Of a stretch of DNA of 64,000 bases, positions 1-9,618 are shown piece by piece; the stretch's first letter is position 1; each line of letters starts with the position of its first letter. A program made the translations under genes and the position numbers. The stretch is from assembly GCA_020633415.1 (NCBI GenBank), contig JACKDQ010000001.1, positions 582,723 to 646,722 of the forward strand, read 5' to 3'. Under the pieces are notes generated by a model. That model searched no databases, had not been told where the DNA came from, and worked only from the letters and a program-made list of their open reading frames with translations. This DNA is from Deltaproteobacteria bacterium. Its GTDB lineage: Bacteria; Myxococcota_A; Polyangia; GCA-2747355.

Positions 1-34
1 GTGGGTCGGCGTGCGGTGAGCGCGCGCTAACCTC

Positions 35-1525
35 TTGAAAAGCAATTGCTCAGCGGAGCGGCGGGCCGCTAAGATGGTGTCAGTCATGACCCCCGTTTTG
101 GTCCGCTTCATCGGTAGCGATGGTGCGGCGCGGTTGGCGCGCCTAAGGGCGAGCTGCGATCACGAACTCGAGCTGGTGTGCTCGGGACAACTGCCGCACA
201 TCCTGATCGTCAGCAGCGGGGTTAGCGATTGGCCCGAGCGCGTGGCTGCGGCGCGCGAGCTCCATCCTGCGCTGCGGGTGATCTTGGAGACCGACTCGCT
301 AGAAGCCGCCCGGGTGGCGATCAACGAAGTCGGTATCGACCAATTGGTGCTTACTGGCGATGAGCGCGCGCTGGCCGAGGCGATCACGGTACTTGGCAGT
401 CGGCCCAAGCGCGCCCAGTTGGCGATCGAGCGCCTGATCCAGGGACGTACGGCGGTCCTCGAGCAGGTTAAGCAACAGTGGGAGCAAAGCTTCGATGCGT
501 TGGCCGATCCGCTGGCCTTGCTCGACGAGGATTTCCGCATCGTGCGAGTGAATCGGGCCTACGCCGACGAGCTGGGTTACGACATCACAGCTGTCCCCGG
601 TCAGCTGTGTCATCAGCTCTGGCAGGCCCGCGCCGGCTTTCCGTCGACCAACGATGGACCTTGTCGAAGTTGCCCGATGCCGATCGCACGGAATTCGGCG
701 GCAAACGCCAGCGCGGTAATGACCGACGCGCGCCGTCGACGCTGGAGCGTGAGCTGCTATCCGACGCTGGGGCCCGGAGACGAGTCGCACGTGCTTTGTC
801 ACTATCGCAATATCAGCCGCGAAGCCAAGCGTCTCGATCAGTTGGCCCGCGCCGATAAGCTTTCTGCGGTCGGCAAACTCGCAGGCGCTGTGGCCCACGA
901 ACTGAACAGCCCGATGACTAGCATCATCGTCTTTGCTGAGGCGCTGGCCAAAAAGACCGACGCAGACTCGCCGCTGCACGAGCATGCGCGAGAGATCAAT
1001 GCCAGCGCGCTGCGTTGTCGCCGCCTGATCCAAGGGTTGCTGCGCTTCGCCCGGCGGAGCCGCCCGGAAAATCGCGAGGCGGTCGTGCTGCAGCAAGTTC
1101 TGGCGGACGTCAAGCCGCTGGTCGAGCACCGCCTCAACATGGGTGGCGTGCGCCTGGTCTACGACATTCCCGATTCGATCCCCGCTGTGCTTGCCCATGT
1201 CGCGGATGTTGAACACGTGCTGATCGACTTGATCACCAATGCAACCGAGGCCTGCGCACGAGGTGCGACGATTACCGTTTCGGCGAAAGTCGCAGGTGAT
1301 GAGCCAGCGGTCGAGATCACCGTTGCTGACACTGGTCGCGGAATGAGCGCCGACCAACTCAGTCGTGCCTTTGACCCGTTTTACAGCACACGAGAGGGTG
1401 AGCTCGCGGCCGGGTTGGGGCTAACGATCTGTGAGTCGATCATTTCTGAACTCGATGGCTCGATCGATCTGGTCTCCGAACTCAATGTCGGCACCAAAGC
1501 GATCGTGCGGCTACCGACCGCGTAG
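35..1525 (+). CDS. PAS-domain sensor histidine kinase
   Basis: 496-aa ORF with a PAS-like segment (LLDEDFRIVRVNRAYADELGY), an H-box (VAHELNSPMTSI), an N-box (DLITNATEA) and G-boxes (DTGRGM, GLGLTICES). Its stop lies 8 bp before the next gene. Confidence 0.85.
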   Translation: MKSNCSAERRAAKMVSVMTPVLVRFIGSDGAARLARLRASCDHELELVCSGQLPHILIVSSGVSDWPERVAAARELHPALRVILETDSLEAARVAINEVGIDQLVLTGDERALAEAITVLGSRPKRAQLAIERLIQGRTAVLEQVKQQWEQSFDALADPLALLDEDFRIVRVNRAYADELGYDITAVPGQLCHQLWQARAGFPSTNDGPCRSCPMPIARNSAANASAVMTDARRRRWSVSCYPTLGPGDESHVLCHYRNISREAKRLDQLARADKLSAVGKLAGAVAHELNSPMTSIIVFAEALAKKTDADSPLHEHAREINASALRCRRLIQGLLRFARRSRPENREAVVLQQVLADVKPLVEHRLNMGGVRLVYDIPDSIPAVLAHVADVEHVLIDLITNATEACARGATITVSAKVAGDEPAVEITVADTGRGMSADQLSRAFDPFYSTREGELAAGLGLTICESIISELDGSIDLVSELNVGTKAIVRLPTA

Positions 1526-1533
1526 GGGGCGCT

Positions 1534-2955
1534 GTGAGCCGAGGCGAGGATGCGATCGGGGTGCTGGTTGTCGACGACGACCCCAGCGTGCTGCGCTCCT
1601 GGCGAGAGATCCTCTCGGACGAACGCTATAGTGTGACGCTGCTCGGTGACCCGCTCGAAGCAGAGCGCGTTCTTGCCGGCGGAAGCTTTGATATCGCGGT
1701 GATCGACATCCGGATGCCCGAGCTCGATGGCATGGAGCTGCTCTCGCAGGTCAAATCTAAATACCCGGAAATCGAGGTGGTGATGATGACCGGGTTTGGT
1801 GGCGTTCAGGACGCCGTCGAAGCGATCAAACGCGGCGCCTACGACTTCCTCTCCAAACCCTTCGAGTCGATGGAAGCCGCGGAGTTGACCGTTCGCCGCG
1901 CCGCTGAGTTGCGTCGTTTAGAGCGTCGCTTGGCGCAGTTGGAGAGCGAGCGGCACGGCCCGAAGATCATCGGACAGAGCGAGCCGATCAAGCGCATGTT
2001 GGAGATGGTCGAGAGTGTGGCCGCGAGCCCCGCCACGGTGCTGGTCGTCGGCGAAAGTGGCACGGGTAAGGAGCTGCTGGCGCGGGCGATCCACGAAAAT
2101 AGCCCCAGACGGCAGCGCGCGCTGGTCACGCTCAACTGCTCGGCGCTCCCGCAGACCTTGCTGGAAAGCGAGCTGTTCGGTCACGTCAAGGGGGCCTTTA
2201 CCGGCGCGTCGCAAAATCACCCCGGTCTGTTTCGTAGCGCCGACGGTGGTACGATCTTTCTCGACGAGATCGGCGACATGGCTTTGCCGACTCAGGCGAC
2301 GCTGTTGCGCACATTGCAAGAGGGCGAGGTGCGCCCTGTCGGATCGACGCAGACCTACACCGTCGACGTTCGCGTGATCGCTGCGACTCACCTCGACCTC
2401 GAAAAGATGTGCGAGTCGGGTGCGTTTCGCGAAGACCTCTATTATCGACTCAACGTGATCCGCATCGAGGTGCCGCCGCTGCGCGACCGCGTCGAAGATA
2501 TCGAACTCTTGGCGCAGTTCTTTTTGCGCAAGCATCAGGCCGCGGTGGGTAAGCAGTTTGATGGGATCGATCCGACCGTGCTGCGCGCATTGCGAAGCCA
2601 TCCGTTTCGCGGAAATGTTCGCGAACTCGAAAACATCATCGAGCGCGCAGTGGCGATCTGTCGTGGAAAGCTGATCACCGTCGCCGATTTGCCACCGTCA
2701 GTCGGTGTCGGTGGCGGTGGTGGTGCTGCTGCTGCCGCGGATCCGTTGCAGCCAGCGTCAAGCGAGGTTGGTCATTTGAGCGACCTATCGTTTGCCGACG
2801 CGAAGGCTCAGCTGATCGAGCGCTTTGAACGTCAGTATCTCGAAGATGCGCTGGCCAACCACGGATCGGTCTCGGCGGCTGCGCGTGCGGTGGGACTCGA
2901 CCGGTCAAACTTCCGTCGGTTGCTGCGCCGGCACAACTTGCTTCGTCACAACTAA
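1534..2955 (+). CDS. Sigma-54-dependent response regulator (NtrC family enhancer-binding protein)
   Basis: GTG start. The N-terminal receiver domain (VLVVDDD...D) is followed by an AAA+ sigma-54 activator domain with Walker A (GESGTGKE), GAFTGA and ESELFGH motifs. A Gly/Ala linker precedes a C-terminal Fis-type HTH. Confidence 0.9.
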   Translation: MSRGEDAIGVLVVDDDPSVLRSWREILSDERYSVTLLGDPLEAERVLAGGSFDIAVIDIRMPELDGMELLSQVKSKYPEIEVVMMTGFGGVQDAVEAIKRGAYDFLSKPFESMEAAELTVRRAAELRRLERRLAQLESERHGPKIIGQSEPIKRMLEMVESVAASPATVLVVGESGTGKELLARAIHENSPRRQRALVTLNCSALPQTLLESELFGHVKGAFTGASQNHPGLFRSADGGTIFLDEIGDMALPTQATLLRTLQEGEVRPVGSTQTYTVDVRVIAATHLDLEKMCESGAFREDLYYRLNVIRIEVPPLRDRVEDIELLAQFFLRKHQAAVGKQFDGIDPTVLRALRSHPFRGNVRELENIIERAVAICRGKLITVADLPPSVGVGGGGGAAAAADPLQPASSEVGHLSDLSFADAKAQLIERFERQYLEDALANHGSVSAAARAVGLDRSNFRRLLRRHNLLRHN

Positions 2956-2964
2956 GCTATAGGG

Positions 2965-3453
2965 GTGCTGATGAGCTTAACGATTCCCAAACCGCTGGCG
3001 CTGCTGATGGACTTTGATGGGGTGTTGACCGACGACACGGTCTATGTCGATCAAGACGGCAAGGAGATGGTGCGCTGTCACCGCGGTGATGGGTTCGGCA
3101 TCGGCTTGCTGCGGTCGCTCGCACCGATCGCAGTGTTTTCCAAGGAGCGAAACCCCGTGGTCGCCCGCCGCTGCGAGAAGCTCCAGATCGACTGTCAGCA
3201 TGGCATCGACGACAAGTTGCCTGCGGTAACGCGCTATCTCGCCGAGCGCCAGCTAACGCTCGACAATGCGGTATTCGTCGGCAACGACCTCAATGACCTC
3301 GAGTGCGTCAAAGCGGCCGGCCTGGGTGTCGCCGTCGCCGATGCCCATCCCGATCTTTGCCTGGTGGCTGATCTCGTCTTGCGTCGCCCGGGTGGTCAGG
3401 GCGCGATTCGCGAGCTGATCGAACACTATCTGCTGCCGGCCTTGCGCCGCTGA
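2965..3453 (+). CDS. KdsC-like HAD-IIIA phosphatase (KDO-8-phosphate phosphatase family)
   Basis: 162-aa ORF with the DxD motif LLMDFDGVLTDD and a GNDLNDLECVKAAGLGVAVADA block. The length is typical of KdsC-type HAD phosphatases. Confidence 0.7.
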   Translation: MLMSLTIPKPLALLMDFDGVLTDDTVYVDQDGKEMVRCHRGDGFGIGLLRSLAPIAVFSKERNPVVARRCEKLQIDCQHGIDDKLPAVTRYLAERQLTLDNAVFVGNDLNDLECVKAAGLGVAVADAHPDLCLVADLVLRRPGGQGAIRELIEHYLLPALRR

Positions 3454-3717
3454 GCTGTTGGCATTCGCTCAAACTGCGGTTGCGCGATCTAGCGAAGGTG
3501 GTGGTCGTCGCCAACCGCGGCAAGTAATCCAGCCGTGTGTTCACGTTTTGATCCATGCTCGATTATTGTCACGCGCCTGACTGGCTTTGTTGCTCAGCCG
3601 CCGCATCAGCTGGCGATGGTTACGGTTTGGTATAGATTTCGGTAGCCTTAGGCCCGCTCCTGAATTGCTGTTGGCGGTACGTCGATTGCATCACTTCCGT
3701 GGTGGAGGATCGACAAA

Positions 3718-4113
3718 ATGAAACGACTGTTGACCTGTCTCGTTTTGCTGACCGCGGCGCTCAGCACTTTTTCTGCCGAGGCCCGCTCGACGCACCGTTT
3801 GCTATCCGCCAGGGTCCAGCGTGACGCTGTGAGCTTCTCGGTCGCCATTAGTCATCACGGCCAGCCCAGTCAGTTGAAGTTCCACCTGGGCAAGTCCACG
3901 CCGCGCGTCAACGTCGCGGTCAACGGCTGGCCGACGATCTGGAGCGGTCAGGTCACCGAGCAGAGTCCCAAGGTGATCAACTTCAGCGTTCCGCTGGCGA
4001 CGGTCAAACGCTGCGGCATCGGCGGAGCTGTTGGCGAGACGTTTTGCCTGGCCAGTTCTTGGACCGTTCCCGGCGGAATGCACTACGTTGGGGTGATCGA
4101 ATCCCTACGCTAA
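3718..4113 (+). CDS. Secreted hypothetical protein
   Basis: 131-aa ORF with a GGAGG RBS 7 nt upstream and a signal peptide MKRLLTCLVLLTAALSTFSAEA. No recognisable domain. Confidence 0.5.
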   Translation: MKRLLTCLVLLTAALSTFSAEARSTHRLLSARVQRDAVSFSVAISHHGQPSQLKFHLGKSTPRVNVAVNGWPTIWSGQVTEQSPKVINFSVPLATVKRCGIGGAVGETFCLASSWTVPGGMHYVGVIESLR

Positions 4114-4347
4114 GCTGCATCGCGGCGCAGGCATTGCGCTGAGGGGGCGATGATCTGCAGCGGACCTTGCCAAGATCGCGCTGCTCGCTGCGCGATCGAT
4201 CGTTAGCGCCCCAGGCCTGTTCAGCCAGCGCACAGCTGGCTGATCATCTTGCGCAACGCGGAGTGCTCCACGGAACTTCTCCAATCTTTTCAAGCGGCTT
4301 TTTGGGCATGATCTTCGCATCGACTGGTTTGAGGCGGGGAGGGCCGT

Positions 4348-5682
4348 ATGCAGCGAACGCGATGGTCTGTTGGACTGGCGGCAATTGGTGCAATCGCGAG
4401 TGCCGCCAGCCTGAGCGGCTGTGGCCCAACGATCAGCGACGCCGTAGCTCCCGAGGCAAGCGCCAAAGGCGAGCGTCCGAGCGCGCGGATTTGGCAGGAC
4501 AATCGGTGGCCGCGCGACGCGGACGGCAAGACGCGCGTTCCGGTCTGTTGGATCGGCGTTGATCCCGTGGCGCTGACCAACGGGCAGTTGCCGACGGCAA
4601 CGCTCGAGCAACGCATGGGTCACGTCGCCGAAAAGTGGCAAGCGCGTGTCGAACAGCAATTCGCTGGTGCCACCGAGAAGAACGGCGAAAGCTGGTTGAT
4701 CTTCGATTGGCGCGGGCGGTGTGATGCGCTGGCGTACGATGCGCAGGGGAGCGAAGCGATGATTCGCATCGAACCTCACACGCGCTACGTGACCAATGGC
4801 CTGGCCAACAGCCGAGTCGGGCCCTCGCGTGTGGCTGTGACGATGCGGTTGCCGCTGCGCATCGTCAGTTCGTGGGCGGTTGAAGCGTTGCGCCACCGCG
4901 CCGAGCGCTACCTTTTGCCCTGTCTGCGGGAAAAGCTCGACGCGGTTCTTGCCCCTGCACTCGCTCGAGGTGATCTTGCGCCGACCTGTCGCGACGGACT
5001 GTCGTGGGCGCTCTGGTATTCCTACAGCAAGGAGCTGTCCTACACGGTCGCCTCGCCGGAGACGATCTGGCGTCTTGTCGGTGCGCGGTTGACGGACCTC
5101 GTGACGGATCGCGGCGTGCGCAGCGAAGCGCTGTGGGAGCGCAACACCGACCAGGAGATCTACGATTGGTCGACCTGCCCAGACCTGTTTATTTCACGGC
5201 CGCAGCTCGACGAATGTCTGCTCGCGGCCGAGCAGCGCGTGTTGCGCAAGGAGGAACGCGACGCGATCGATGCGAGGACTGCGGAGCAGCTCAGCCGTAT
5301 GCTTGGCCGCGCCGAACACGATACCGTGCTGCACGAGTTTGGACACGGGCTTGGGTTTCTTCACGAGTTGCCCGCCGACGGTAGTTGTACGCGCGATGGG
5401 GACGACAGTTCGTGGCCCGGACAAGTGGTCAGCTTCGGCCCGTTCGATGACGCGTCGATTCTCTTCAACTGCAACAAAGATCAATCGCGCGAAACGATCT
5501 CGACCTGGGACGCGCGCGCGGTCAACTACTACTATGGGCGTACGCCAGGCTGCCCGCTCGAGGTCACGCTATCGAAGGCCGAGATCGCCGCCGGTTGCCG
5601 CTGTCCAAACGCACGCGGCGCGGCAACGGTTGCGCCAGCGCCTGGCGAGCAGTGTGCGATTCCCGCCGAGTGGCGGCGCTAA
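4348..5682 (+). CDS. Metzincin-type zinc metalloprotease lipoprotein
   Basis: Lipoprotein signal (AASLSGC) and an HEFGHGLGFLHE motif, which matches the HExxHxxGxxHE zinc site of astacin/serralysin-type metzincins. 444 aa. Confidence 0.65.
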   Translation: MQRTRWSVGLAAIGAIASAASLSGCGPTISDAVAPEASAKGERPSARIWQDNRWPRDADGKTRVPVCWIGVDPVALTNGQLPTATLEQRMGHVAEKWQARVEQQFAGATEKNGESWLIFDWRGRCDALAYDAQGSEAMIRIEPHTRYVTNGLANSRVGPSRVAVTMRLPLRIVSSWAVEALRHRAERYLLPCLREKLDAVLAPALARGDLAPTCRDGLSWALWYSYSKELSYTVASPETIWRLVGARLTDLVTDRGVRSEALWERNTDQEIYDWSTCPDLFISRPQLDECLLAAEQRVLRKEERDAIDARTAEQLSRMLGRAEHDTVLHEFGHGLGFLHELPADGSCTRDGDDSSWPGQVVSFGPFDDASILFNCNKDQSRETISTWDARAVNYYYGRTPGCPLEVTLSKAEIAAGCRCPNARGAATVAPAPGEQCAIPAEWRR

Positions 5683-5744
5683 GCAAGCGTTTCGAGACGC
5701 CCTGGTTTCGTGAAAAAACGTTGGCCCCGCTGGCGGCCTGGCCG

Positions 5745-5933
5745 CTAGTTGCCGTTACCCTGGGCGGACTCGGTTTGTTGCTCCGCTGCCGGTTCGGCCG
5801 GCGCGAACTTCGTGCTCAAGGCGTCGAGCAGGGCTGCGGTCGAATGCAACTGACGGGCTCCGGCGCGTAGTCCATCACAGACCCAACGTCTGCCTTCGCG
5901 CTCAAAATCTTTGATTAAATTAGAAGCATTCAT
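5745..5933 (-). CDS. Small hypothetical protein (62 aa)
   Basis: ATG preceded by GGAGGG with 5-nt spacing. An AT-rich imperfect palindrome lies upstream. No homology recognised. Confidence 0.3.
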   Translation of the reverse strand: MNASNLIKDFEREGRRWVCDGLRAGARQLHSTAALLDALSTKFAPAEPAAEQQTESAQGNGN

Positions 5934-6125
5934 CTGATCCCTCCACGCAACGCAGTGCGTTAGTGTTTACTAATAGCACTGTAACGCGCTGTGTCAATAG
6001 CCGCCATCGGTCCGCATGTTTGAAGAAACGGTGACCACGCGCCGATGATCGAGGGTTTGCGCAGGTCGCGAGATCGCTTTGGCATAAGACGTTTGGGGTG
6101 CATGCCGAGCGCGGCGTCGGTGTCG

Positions 6126-6641
6126 CTATGCTCGCCACTGGAGGTTTTCTTGCAGTCGCGCCCGGACCTCGGCGGGGGTTTGCGAATTCAGCTCGACGGG
6201 CCAGGGGTGATCAGCGTCGATCATTGCGTCGAGTAGCCGCTCGGCGTAAGGCCGATCGGCATCCCAGTGTTCGACGATCGCCGTCGGCAGCCGCCTGACA
6301 AGCGATGGGTAGCGCCAAAGAACGTAGGCGATTGTTTTCGCGACCGGCTCGACGTCATCGCGTAGCCGGCCCCACAACAGCTCGGGAATCTCAGCGTGGG
6401 TTGATCCGGCGAGCTGTCGACAGAGTTCGCTGCGCAGTTTCGCGAAGCCCTTGCCTTGGTTGTGCTCCGACTGAAGGGCTTGGCAGAGCACCTCCTCCCA
6501 GCCTGCGGGGAGATCCTCGATCAGTGCTTTGAGCGCGGCGCTGCGCTCCTTGGGCGTGCCGGTGGTTAGCGTAGTCAATAGATCTTCGCTGGCAGATCTT
6601 GTCATGGGACCGAAAATACTACCTCTTCGTTGAGCGCACAA
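6126..6641 (-). CDS. Hypothetical protein
   Basis: 171-aa ORF. A likely internal start (MTRSASEDLL) lies at about 6605. No recognisable domain. Confidence 0.4.
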   Translation of the reverse strand: MCAQRRGSIFGPMTRSASEDLLTTLTTGTPKERSAALKALIEDLPAGWEEVLCQALQSEHNQGKGFAKLRSELCRQLAGSTHAEIPELLWGRLRDDVEPVAKTIAYVLWRYPSLVRRLPTAIVEHWDADRPYAERLLDAMIDADHPWPVELNSQTPAEVRARLQENLQWRA

Positions 6642-6648
6642 AGTTCAC

Positions 6649-7338
6649 TTGCTGGCAAACGTTGCCCCTGGCGCCGATCTGGTCCAAAACCTCTGCGGGG
6701 GAATCGCGATGCGCTGTGCAGTTGTAGCTTTGGGCCAAAAAAAGTTCTGCGGCGGCCTGCGTGCGCGGCTGATCTTGATCGCCGGATTGCTGATCTTGAT
6801 CGCCGGATTATCGTTGCTAGCGACGGGGTGCTCCGGCAGCGAGCTGTTGAAAAAGGGAACGTCCGCGCCGGCGCTCTCGACGGTAGGTGCGCCAAAAGAT
6901 ATCGATGGTCGCGAGCTGAAGCTCGAGCAGCTGGCGCGTCGGGGACCGGTTGTCTTGGTCTTCTTGCGCGGCTTTTTCTGACCCTATTCGCGCAAGCATC
7001 TGGGTCAGATGCGTGACGACTACCAGCGGTTTGAGGCGCAGCGTGGACAGATCCTCGTCGTGACCCGCCACGACAGCGCGACGATGCGCGCCTATTGGCG
7101 CAAAGAAAAACTGCCCTTTCGCGGCATCGCTGACCCCGATGGCAAGATCACCGCAGCCTATGGCCAACAATGGAAACTCGTTTCGCTCGGCAGAATGCCC
7201 GCGCAGTTTGTCGTCGATTGCCAGGGAAAGATCGCGCTGAGCCACTACGGCAAGAGCATGGCCGACATTCCGCCGAACGACGAGGTCATCGCCACGCTGC
7301 GTCGACTCAAAGCCGCTTGCCCCGCCGCGGGCAGCTGA
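6649..7338 (+). CDS. Thioredoxin-fold (redoxin/AhpC-TSA-like) lipoprotein with an in-frame TGA at the redox-motif position; candidate selenoprotein
   Basis: ORFs 6649..6981 and 7009..7338 are in the same frame and separated only by TGA 6979-6981, with no other stop between them. The joined product reads VVLVFLRGFF-U-PYSRKHLGQMRDDYQRFEAQRGQILVV...FRGIADPDGKITAAYG, the layout of redoxins with a GxWCPYC motif. A lipoprotein signal is present (likely start at MRCAV, about 6709). A hairpin gcatc-tgggtca-gatgc (6996-7012) sits 15 nt after the TGA. Confidence 0.55.
6991..7015 (+). promoter_or_regulatory. SECIS-like stem-loop downstream of the in-frame UGA
   Basis: A 5-bp GC-rich stem (gcatc/gatgc) with a 7-nt loop containing GGUC. 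It is extendable by cgc/gcg with an AA bulge and starts 10-15 nt after UGA 6979-6981. Confidence 0.4.
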
Positions 7339-7400
7339 GTTGATCGCCCGACCTAGCGACAGCTCAGATCGAGCGATCGCTTAGATCGAGCGACTACCGC

Positions 7401-7979
7401 CTAGCCAAGATTCTTGGCGACAAAGCGCCAGTTGACGAGATTCCAGAACGCCTCGACGTACTTCGGCCGGGCGTTGCGGTAGTCGATGTAATAGGCGTGC
7501 TCCCAAACGTCGCAGGTCAAAAGCGGTTGCTTGCCCTGGCGCAGTGGGCACTCGGCGTTGGCGGTGGCAACGATCGCTAGCTTGCCGCTCGCTTCTTTGA
7601 CCAACCAGGCCCAGCCCGAGCCGAACTGCCCGACGGCTGCGTTGCTAAACTGCTCTTTGAAGGTCGCGAAGCTGCCAAAGTTTGCGTCGATCTGTTGGCG
7701 CACCGCGCCGCTCGGTTCGCCTCCCGCCTGGGGTGCGAGGCTGTTCCAGTAGAAAGTGTGGTTCCAGATCTGCGCGGCGTTATTGAAGACGCCTCCATCG
7801 GCGCCGCGAATGATCTCTTCGAGGCTCTTGCCCGCCCACGGCGAGCCGCCGACGAGCTCGTTGAGCTTGTTGACGTAGGCTTGGTGGTGCTTGCCGTAGT
7901 GGAACTCGAGGGTCTCCGCGGAAATGTGGGGCGCCAAAGCATCTTTGGCATAGGGAAGATTAGGTAGCTCAAACGTCAT
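7401..7979 (-). CDS. sodB: Fe/Mn-family superoxide dismutase
   Basis: MTFELPNLPYAKDALAPHISAETLEFHYGKHHQAYV ... WEHAYYIDYRN. These are canonical Fe/Mn SOD N- and C-terminal signatures. The true start is at MTFEL (cat at 7977-7979); the longer listed ORF runs into the upstream repeats. Confidence 0.92.
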   Translation of the reverse strand: MTFELPNLPYAKDALAPHISAETLEFHYGKHHQAYVNKLNELVGGSPWAGKSLEEIIRGADGGVFNNAAQIWNHTFYWNSLAPQAGGEPSGAVRQQIDANFGSFATFKEQFSNAAVGQFGSGWAWLVKEASGKLAIVATANAECPLRQGKQPLLTCDVWEHAYYIDYRNARPKYVEAFWNLVNWRFVAKNLG

Positions 7980-8058
7980 CTCGTCCTCCTCGCTCGCGCA
8001 AACGTGTTCGTGTGCCGCGATCTTCGGCCGCAGGGAGAAATTTGCAAGAGATGGTTGA

Positions 8059-8405
8059 CCGGCGTTGGCGGTTCCAACGCAGATCGGGGTGAGAGGATTC
8101 GCACTGTCTCTCAAGTCCGAATCCGCTGCGCATGCCGGCGTTGGCGGTTCCAACGCAGATCGGGGTGAGAGGATTCGCACTGTCTCTCAAGTCCGAATCC
8201 GCTGCGCATGCCGGCGTTGGCGGTTCCAACGCAGATCGGGGTGAGAGGATTCGCACTGTCTCTCAAGTCCGAATCCGCTGCGCATGCCGGCGTTGGCGGT
8301 TCCAACGCAGATCGGGGTGAGAGGATTCGCACTGTCTCTCAAGTCCGAATCCGCTGCGCATGCCGGCGTTGGCGGTTCCAACGCAGATCGGGGTGAGAGG
8401 ATTCG
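8059..8405. repeat. 76-bp tandem direct repeat array, about 4.5 copies, abutting tRNA-Pro
   Basis: The unit is ccggcgttggcggttccaacgcagatcggggtgagaggattcgcactgtctctcaagtccgaatccgctgcgcatg, repeated at 8059, 8135, 8211, 8287 and 8363. The last copy merges into the tRNA. Each unit contains the tRNA 3'-terminal 18 nt (tcggggtgagaggattcg) and a 7-bp hairpin (gcgttgg-cggtt-ccaacgc). Confidence 0.9.
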
Positions 8406-8462
8406 AACCTCCGACATCCTGCTCCCAAAGCAGGCGCGCTAGCCAGGCTGCGCTACACCCCG
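8388..8462 (-). tRNA. tRNA-Pro (anticodon TGG)
   Basis: Minus-strand sequence CGGGGTGTAGCGCAGCCTGGCTAGCGCGCCTGCTTTGGGAGCAGGATGTCGGAGGTTCGAATCCTCTCACCCCGA. Acceptor stem 7 bp, anticodon stem CCTGC/GCAGG, loop TTTGGGA giving anticodon UGG, T-loop GGTTCGAAT. CCA is not encoded. Confidence 0.9.
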
Positions 8463-8535
8463 TTTTGCCCCGTAAGGCCGACGTATTATGGCAGCAAAGT
8501 TTCTGATGGCAAGCGAAGATCGCGCGGCGTGAAAA

Positions 8536-9528
<993 letters not shown>

Positions 9529-9618
9529 TCCTCAGCTTTTTTGCGCAGCGCCGCCGTCAACGCCGCAGGATTGCCGTCGATGAGGGGCTGAAAGGCTGGC
9601 GCCCCTAGTCGCCCGGTT

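Noticed and set aside
299-1357. Long antisense ORFs inside the histidine kinase and elsewhere (for example 12205..13305 minus, 21563..22891 minus, 13672..14478 minus)
   Set aside because: They are fully embedded opposite domain-bearing genes, with Arg/Ala-rich composition typical of GC-rich antisense frames.
8059-8405. Possibility that the repeat array is a CRISPR
   Set aside because: The units are contiguous and identical, with no unique spacers. The period is 76 bp, each unit is tRNA-derived, and there are no cas genes.
7969-8417. Three overlapping ORFs all beginning MRILSPRSALEPPTPACAADSDL...
   Set aside because: They are generated by reading through the 76-bp tandem repeats (spaced 76 nt apart). 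They are not genes.
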